Assembly: GCF_009914755.1 (NCBI RefSeq)
Contig: NC_060939.1
Strand: one strand, 5' to 3'
Length of the DNA: 64,000 bases
Source of the DNA: the human T2T-CHM13v2.0 reference genome, Homo sapiens
Positions within the stretch are counted from its first letter, which is position 1; every line of letters begins with the position of its first letter. The translations under genes were made by a program, and so were the position numbers. Under the pieces are notes generated by a model. That model was not told where the DNA came from. It was given only the letters and a program-made list of their open reading frames with translations, and did not search any database. Below, in pieces: positions 53,334 through 64,000 of the stretch.

Positions 53334-53819
53334 TTTGGTGCTGTGACTGGAGGGGGGGGACCTCCCTTGGGAGATCAATCCCCTGTCCTCCTGCTCTTTG
53401 CTCTGTGAGAAAGATCCACCTACGACCTCAGGTCCTCAGACCGACCAGCCCAAGAAACATCTCACCAATTTCAAATCCGGTAAGCGGCCTCTTTTTACTG
53501 TCTTCTCGAACCTCTCTCGCTATCCCTCAACCTCTTTCTCCTTTCAATCTTGGCACCACACTTCAATTTCTCCCTTCTCTTAATTTCAATTCCTTTCATT
53601 TTCTGGTAGAGACAAAGGAGACATGTTTTATCCATGGACCCAAAACTCCGGCACTGGTCACGGACTAGGGAAGGCAGCCTTCCCTTGGTGTTTAATCATC
53701 GCAGGGACGCCTCTCTGATTATTCACCCATGTTTCAAAGGTGTCAGACCACGCAGGGATGCCTGCCTTGGTCCTTCACCCTTAGCGGCAAGTCCCGCTTT
53801 TCTGGGGGAGGGGCAGGAA

Positions 53820-54168
53820 CCCCGACCTCTTATCTCTGCGCCCTGATCCCTTATTTCCACACCCTGACCTCTTATCTCTGTGCCTCAATCTCTTATTTCT
53901 GCACCCCGACCTCTTATCTCTGCGCCCTGATCCCTTATTTCTGCACCCCAACCTCTTATCTCTGTGCCCCTACCCCTTATTTCCATGCCCCAACCCCTTA
54001 TCTCTGCGCCCTGATCCCTTATTTCTGCACCCCGACCTCTTATCTCTGTGCCCCGATCCCTTATTTCCATGCCCCGACCCCTTATCTCTGCACCCCAATC
54101 CCTTATTTCTGCACCCTGACCACTTATCTCTGTGCCCCAACCCCTTACTTCCACGCCCCAACCCCTTT
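53820..54168 (+). repeat. About 20-21 bp minisatellite in the HERV-H leader
   Basis: About 17 degenerate units of ccc(c/t)gacc(t/c)cttat(c/t)tctg(c/t)(g/a)c. Confidence 0.9.
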
Positions 54169-54249
54169 CTCGCTTTTCTGGAGGGTAAAAACACCCGAAC
54201 CCCTTCCCTCCGTGTCTCTACCCTTCTCTTTAAACTTGCCTCCTTCACT

Positions 54250-57200
54250 ATGGGCAACCTTCCACCCTCCATTCCCCCTTCTTCTCCCTTAGCCTGTGTT
54301 CTCAAAAACCTAAAACCTCTTTAACTCGCACCTGACCTAAAACCTAAATGCCTTATTTTCTTCTGCAATGCCGCTTGACCCCAATACAAACTTGACAGTG
54401 GTTCCAAATAGCCAGAAAATGGCACTTTCAATTTTTCCATCCTACAAAATCTAAATAATTCTTTTCGTAAAATAGGCAAACGGTCTGAGGTGCCTGACGT
54501 CCAGGCATTCTTTTACACATCAGTCCCCCCCAGTCTCTGTTCCCAGTGCAACTCATCCCAAATCTTCCTTCTTTCCCTCCCGCCTGTCCCCTCAGTCCCA
54601 ACCCCAAGCGTCGCTGAGTCTTTCTAATCTTCCTTTTCTACAGACCCATCTGACCTCTCCCCTCCTCACCAGGCTGAGCTAGGTCCCAATTCTTCCTCAG
54701 CCTCCGCTCCTCCACCATATAATACTTATATCACCTCCCCTCCTCACACCCAGGCCGGCTTACAGTTTTGTTCCATGACTAGCCCTCCCCTACCTGCCCA
54801 GCAATTTACTCTTAAAAAGGTGGCTGGAGAGCTAAAGGCATAGTCAAGGTTAATGCTCCTTTTTCTTTATTCCAAATCAGATAGCGTTTAGGCTCTTTTT
54901 CATCAAATATAAAAACCCAGCCCAGTTCATGACTCGTTTGGCAGCAACCCTGAGACACTTTACAGCCCTAGACCCTAAAAGGTCAAAAGGGCCGTCTTAT
55001 TCTCAATATACATTTTATTACCCAATCTGCTCCCAACATTAAATAAAACTCCAAAAATTAAATTCCGGCCCTTTAACCCCACAACAGGATTTAATTAACC
55101 TCGCCTTCAAGGTGTACAATAATAGAATAGAGGCAGCCAAGTAACAATGTATTTCTGAGTTGCAATTCCTTGCCTCCACTGTGAGACAAACCCCAGCCAC
55201 ATCTCCAGCACACAAGAACTTCCAAATACCTGAACTGCAGCGGCCAGGCATTCCTCCAGAACTGCCTCCCCCAGGAGCTTGCTACAAGTGCCAGAAATCT
55301 GGCCACCAGGCCAAGGAATGCTCGCAGCCTGGGATTCCTCCTAAGCCGTGTCCTGTCTATGCGGGACCCCACTGAAAATCGGACTGTTCAACTCACCTGG
55401 CAGCCACTCCCAGAGCCCCTGGAACTCCGGCCCAAGGCTCTCTGACTGACTCCTTCCCAGATCTTCTCGGCTTAGCGGCTGAAGACTGACACTGCCTGAT
55501 CACCTCGGAAGCCCCCTAGACCATCACGGACGCCGAGCTGCCAGTAACTCTCACAGTGGAAGGTAAGCCCATCCCCTTCTTAATCAATACGGAGGCTACC
55601 CACTCCACATTACCTTCTTTACAAAGGCCTGTTTCCCTTGCCTCCATAACTGTTGTGGGTATTGACGGCCAGGCTTCTAAATCTCTTAAAACTCCCCAAC
55701 TCTGGTGCCAACTTAGACAATACTCTTTTAAGCACTCCTTTTTAGTTATCCCCACCTGCCCAGTTCCCTTATTAGGCTGAGACACTTTAACTAAATTATC
55801 TGCTTCCCTGACTATTCCTGGGCTACAGCCACACCTCATTACTGCCCTTCTTCCCAATCCAAAGCCTCCTTTGTGTCCTCCTCTTGTATCTCCCCACCTT
55901 AACCCACAAGTATAAGATACCTCTACTCCCTCCTTGGCGACCGATCATGCACCCCTTACCATCTCATTGAAACCTAATCACCCTTACCCCGCTCAACGCC
56001 AATATCCCATCCCACAGCATGCTTTGAAAAGACTAAAGCCTGTTATCACTCTCCTGCTACAGCATGGCCTTTTAAAGCCTATAAACTCTCCTTACAATTC
56101 CCCCATTTCACTTGTCCTAAAACCAGACAAGCCTTACAAGTTAGTTCAGGATCTATGCCTTATCAACCACATTGTTTTGCCTATCCACCCCATGGTGTCA
56201 AACCCATATACTCTCCTATCCTCAATACCTCACTCCATAATCCATTATTCTGTTCTGGATCTCAAACATGCTTTCTTTACTATTCCTTTGCACCCTTCAT
56301 CCCAGCCTCTTTTCACTTTCACTTGGACTGACCCTGACACCCATCAGGCTCAGCAAATTACCTGGGCTGTACTGCCCCAAAGCTTCACAGACAGCCCCCA
56401 TTACATCAGTCAAGCCCAAATTTTTTCCCTATCTGTTACCTATCTCAGCATAATTCTCATAAAGACACACGTGCTCTCCCTGCCGATAGTGTCCGACTGA
56501 TCTCTCAAACCCCAGCACCTTCTACAAAACAACAACTCCTTTCCTTCCTAGGCACGGTTAGATACTTTCACCTTTAGATACCTGGTTTTGCCATCCTAAA
56601 AAAACCATTCTATAAACTCACAAAAGGAAACGTAGCTGACCCCAAAGATCCTAAATCCTTTCCCCACTCCTCTTTCCGTTCCTTGAAGACAGCTTTAGAG
56701 ACTGCCCCCATTCTAGCTCTCCCTGACTCATCCCAACCCTTTTCATTACACACAGCTGAAGTGCAGGGCTGTGCAATCAGAATTCTTACACAGGGACCAG
56801 GATCACATCCTGTAGACTTTTTGTCCAAACAACTTGACCTTACTGTTTCAGGCTGGCCATCATGTCTCCGTGCAGTGGCTGCTGCTGCCTTAATACTTTT
56901 AGAAGCCCTTAAAATCACAAACTATGCTCAACTCACTCTCTACAGCTCTCATAACTTCCAAAATCTATTTTCTTCCTCACACCTGACATATATACTTTCT
57001 GCTCCCCGGCTCCTTCAGCTGTACTCACTCTTTGTTGAGTCTCCCACAATTACCATTGTTCCTGGCCCGGACTTCAATCCGGCCTCCCACATTATTCCGG
57101 ATACCACACCTGACCCCCATGACTGCATCTCTCTGATCCACCTGACGTTCACCCCATTTCCCCACATTTCCTTCTTCCCTGCTTCTCACCCTGATCACAC

Positions 57201-57900
57201 TTGGTTTATGGATGGCAGTTCCACCAGGCGTAATCGCCACACACCAGCAAAGGCAGGCTGTGCTATAGTACAAGCCGCTAGCCCGCCTCTTAGAACCTCT
57301 CATTTCCTTTCCATCGTGGAAATCTATCCTCAAGGAAATAACTTCTCAGTGTTCCATCTGCTATTCTACTGCTCCTCAGGGATTATTCAGGCCCCCTCCC
57401 TTCCCTACACATCAAGCTCAGGGATTTGCCTCCACCCAGGACTGGCAAATTAGCTTTACTCAACATGCCCTGAGTCAGGAAACTAAAATACCTCTTGGTT
57501 TAGGTAGACACTTTCACTGGATAGGTAGAGGCCTTTCCCACAAGGTCTAAGAAGGCCATCATGGTCATTTCTTCCCTTCTGTCAGACATAATTCCTCGGT
57601 TTGGCCTTCCCACCTCTATATAGTCCAATAGCAGACCGGCCTTTATTCATCAAATCAGCCAAGCGTTTTTTCAGGCTCTTGCTATTCAGTGAAACCTTTA
57701 TATCCCTTACAGTCCTCAGCCTTCAGGAAAGGTAGAACGGACTAATGGTCTTTTAAAAACATACCTCACCAAGCTCAGCCACCAACTTAAAAAGGACTGG
57801 ACAATACTTTTACCACTTTCCCTTCTCAGAATTCAGCCTGTCCTTGGAATGCTACAAGGTACAGCCCATTTGAGCTCCTGTATAGACGCTCCTTTTTATT
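54250..57900 (+). pseudogene. HERV-H gag-pro-pol remnants
   Basis: Zinc knuckle CYKCQKSGHQAKEC, protease-like FLINTEATHS, RT motifs 'DLKHAFF' and 'LPQSFTDSP', tether and integrase fragments. Many stops. Confidence 0.9.
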
Positions 57901-58524
57901 AGGCCCCAGTCTCATTCCAGACACCGGACCAACTTGGACTGTGCCCCAAAAAACTTGTCATCCCTACTATCTTCTGTCTAGTCATACTCCTATTCACCAT
58001 TCTCAACTACTCATACATGCCCTGCTCTTGTTTACACTGCCAGTTTACACTGTTTCTCCAAGCCATCACAGCTGATATCTCCTGGTGCTATCCCCAAACC
58101 GCCACTCTGAACTCTTAAAGTAAATAAATAATCTTTGCGGGCAAGGCTATGCTGCACCTCCTTTGGCACTCTCTAATTAGATGTCCTAGGTCCTCCCAAT
58201 TCTTAGTCCTTTAAAACCTGTTTTTCTCCTTCTCTTATTCCGTTTAGTTTTTCAATTCATACAAAACTGTATCCAGGCCATCACCAATAATTCTAAATGA
58301 CAAATGTTTCTTCTAACAACCGCACAATATCACCCCTTACCACAAAATCTTCCTTCAGCTTAATCTCTCCCACTCTAGGTTCCCACGCCGCCCCTAATCC
58401 CACTCGAAGCAGCCCTGAGAAACATCGCCCATTATATCTCCATACCATCCCCCAAAATTTTCACCATCCCAACACTTTACCACTATTTCATTTTATTTTT
58501 CTTATTAATATAAGAAGACAGGAA

Positions 58525-58927
58525 TGTCAGGCCTCTGAGCCCAGGCTAAGCCATCATATCCCCTGTGACCTGCACATACACATCCAGATGGCCTGTTCCC
58601 GCCGTAACTGATGACAGTCCACCACAAAAGAAGTGAAAATGGCCTGTTCCTGCCTTAACGATGACGTTATCTTGTGAAATTCCTTCTCCTGGCTCATCCT
58701 GGCTCAAAAGCTCCCCTGCTGAGCACCTTGTGACCCCCACTCCTGCCCACTAGAGAACAACCCCCCTTTTTCCTTTACCTACCCAAATCCTATAAAACGG
58801 CCCCACCCCTATCTCCCTTCACTGACTCTCTTTTCGGACTCAGCCCGCCTGCACCCAGGTGCAATAAACAGCCTTGTTGCTCACACAAAGCCTGTTTGGT
58901 GGTCTCTTCACACAGACGTGCATGAAA
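58525..58927 (+). promoter_or_regulatory. 3' LTR7 (403 bp)
   Basis: tgtcaggcctctgagccc...catgaaa, with two U3 repeat copies. Confidence 0.9.
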
Positions 58928-59443
58928 ACAACTTTTTCAGAGATCACAGAAAAGCTATTTAGAACTTTAATAAACTAGAACCATTCAATGAAAGTTTTTT
59001 TTTTTTGGCACCACAACTTTAACAGGAAAAGTTGGCTCTCAAGAAAACAAGGTCATCAGTAATTCAGTTCAAGAAGAAACTTCTCAGGTTTTTTTTTTTT
59101 TTTTTTTTTTAGATTAACCGAGATGTGGGCTAATTTCCCATACCTCTGTGAAGATCTAGAAGCTAAGAGATGGTAGAAAACTCAGAGGTCAATTACGGCA
59201 GTTTCCATTTCCTTTGCCAACTCTTCAGTGATCTTTGAGGCACATTTACTAAAGTTGGAAAACTAATTAATCAAAGAGTTGATTAAAAACTGAGCTTATC
59301 AGACTAACTGCCAGCATCCTTGGTACACACAAGTCACTCAATCTGACAATATAGTGCTGTATATATTATACACGGATAGTAACACCTAAATGTGAGCCAG
59401 CTATAACTTTCAACTCAAAAGATCCTTAATGAAAACTCCCTTA

Positions 59444-60313
59444 TGTAAACCAAAAATAAAATTCTAAACCCCCAACTGCCTGATGGACCCCCTCTCAGCC
59501 AAGGACATTCCAATGTAAACCTGAAAATCTAGTTGAGGCCATGATGGGAAGTGAGAGTCAGACACACCTCATTATACACCCTCCTTCCTTTGGAATCCAG
59601 GCACAGCTGACCATCAGTAACATTAAAACAGAGATCTTAAGACTGACTTTTGTAGCAATAAGACACCAAGTTCCAGCCTGACTCTAGTATAACATCACAT
59701 AATAGATAGCAGCCCCTGAAAGAAATTGAAATATTTTACTCCAAAATATATTCCTTTGATATAGTTTGAAATGGCCCTACCAAACTGTCTCTTGTGGAGC
59801 AAACCTACATTTTGCGGAGAATCACCTTTCCTTTCTGGATCTTTCCTCTGATCCAGGAGAGAATGAATTAACAGTCTGGCACCTTTTAAGGTCTCATAAC
59901 AGCACTGAAGTCAGCTACCTGGAGGCTCATCAGCATAATAAAACCTTGGTCTCCACAACTCCTTATCTTAATACAGACATTCCTTTCTATTGATTTCAGC
60001 TCTTATCTAATGAGTTATCTAATAACTCTTTCAAGCAATTGCCAATCAGAAAAATCTCTGAATCTGCCTATGACCTGAAAGCCCCCTACTTCCAGTTGTC
60101 TTGCCTTTCCAGACCAAAGCAATGTACATCTTACATGCATTGACTGATGACTTATATCTCCCTAAAATGTCTAAAACCAAGTTGTAGTCCAACCACCTTG
60201 GGCACATGTTCTCAGGATCTCCTGCGGCTGTGTCATGGGCCACTGGTCATTCGTATTTGGTTCAGGATAAATCTATTCAAATATTTTACAGAGTTTGACT
60301 CTTTTCATCAACA
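59444..60313 (+). mobile_element. MER4-family solo LTR
   Basis: tgtaaaccaaaaataaaattctaa...tttgactcttttcatcaaca; 4-bp TSD ctta. Confidence 0.8.
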
Positions 60314-60929
60314 CTTAGTGGTAGGTTATGATTTTAAGACAAAGCAGAAATGCGATCTTTTTCACTTGCTTTAAAGGCTCAACTCAAACTCCATCACTCA
60401 ATGAAACATTTCCTGGTCCCTTGAGTTAATTTCTCTTTTTAGCTTTTCTTCCATGGCAAGTTTCTGGGGCCTGTATGTACCACAGGACATTCTGTATGCT
60501 ATAGTTAGTTGCCGGTAGATGAACATTCCCCCACTAGATGGTGGGCTATTTCCCCTAAAGTCAGGGATTATCTTATTCATCTCTGTTGCCTTTCCCTCAC
60601 TGTGTTCTGGAATTAAAGCACAGAACCTAATTCAAAACAACACAAACAAAAAACCTTCAATAGTCTAAAAGTTTGAATCAATAGTCTAATCAATTTGTTA
60701 TTATTTAGAGAAGATGTTTTCAGAAACAAAGCATAGTAAAATGATGGACAGTATTTCAGAGGCTAGTGGGGAACAAGCTCGGGGGAGAGCGTTATGTGCA
60801 ATTTGGATATTCAATAAAAATAAACATAAGGCTCTGAAGTATTATTCAATTATCATCATAAAGGTTGTCCAAAACTGGAGCAAGTTTTGACTCATTAGGG
60901 GATTCTTTAAAAAGCAGCAAAATCGAGAA

Positions 60930-64000
<3,071 letters not shown>

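Larger units (their letters stand above)
52981..58927 (+). mobile_element. HERV-H provirus, common internally deleted form (about 5.95 kb)
   Basis: Two LTR7s, degenerate His PBS (tggtgctgtgact, about 53336), PPT aagaagacaggaa, and 5-bp TSD acaac at 52976-52980 and 58928-58932. Confidence 0.95.

Noticed and set aside
53729-54305. Repetitive 187/111/89-aa ORFs resembling a repeat protein or spacer array
   Set aside because: By-products of the HERV-H minisatellite. There are no unique spacers, so it is not CRISPR-like.

Overview
This is human (primate) genomic DNA. The only protein-coding exon I can support is the terminal exon of CERS3 (ceramide synthase 3) on the minus strand at 15451-15603. 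Its 3'UTR of about 2.3 kb runs down to about 13130, and everything above 15603 appears to be one long final intron. The rest is mostly transposable elements: a young 5'-inverted L1HS-Ta insertion (2236-3698), a nested L1/MaLR cluster (about 26040-39260) containing a full-length L1PA2/3, a two-LTR HERV-H provirus (52981-58927), solo LTRs, DNA transposon relics and 14 Alu-family elements. Nearly all ORFs in the supplied track derive from these repeats. The most unusual structures are: a MaLR element with R-U5-internal-U3-R ends and a 15-bp TSD (an apparent L1-made retrocopy of LTR-element RNA); a probable 3' transduction by an old L1PB; a fold-back at the L1-Ta inversion junction; and a YY1-site-mutated full-length L1 whose antisense promoter faces the last CERS3 exon. 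I found no evidence of a wholly new gene system. Subfamily names come from recalled consensus sequences, and boundaries of old repeats are approximate.
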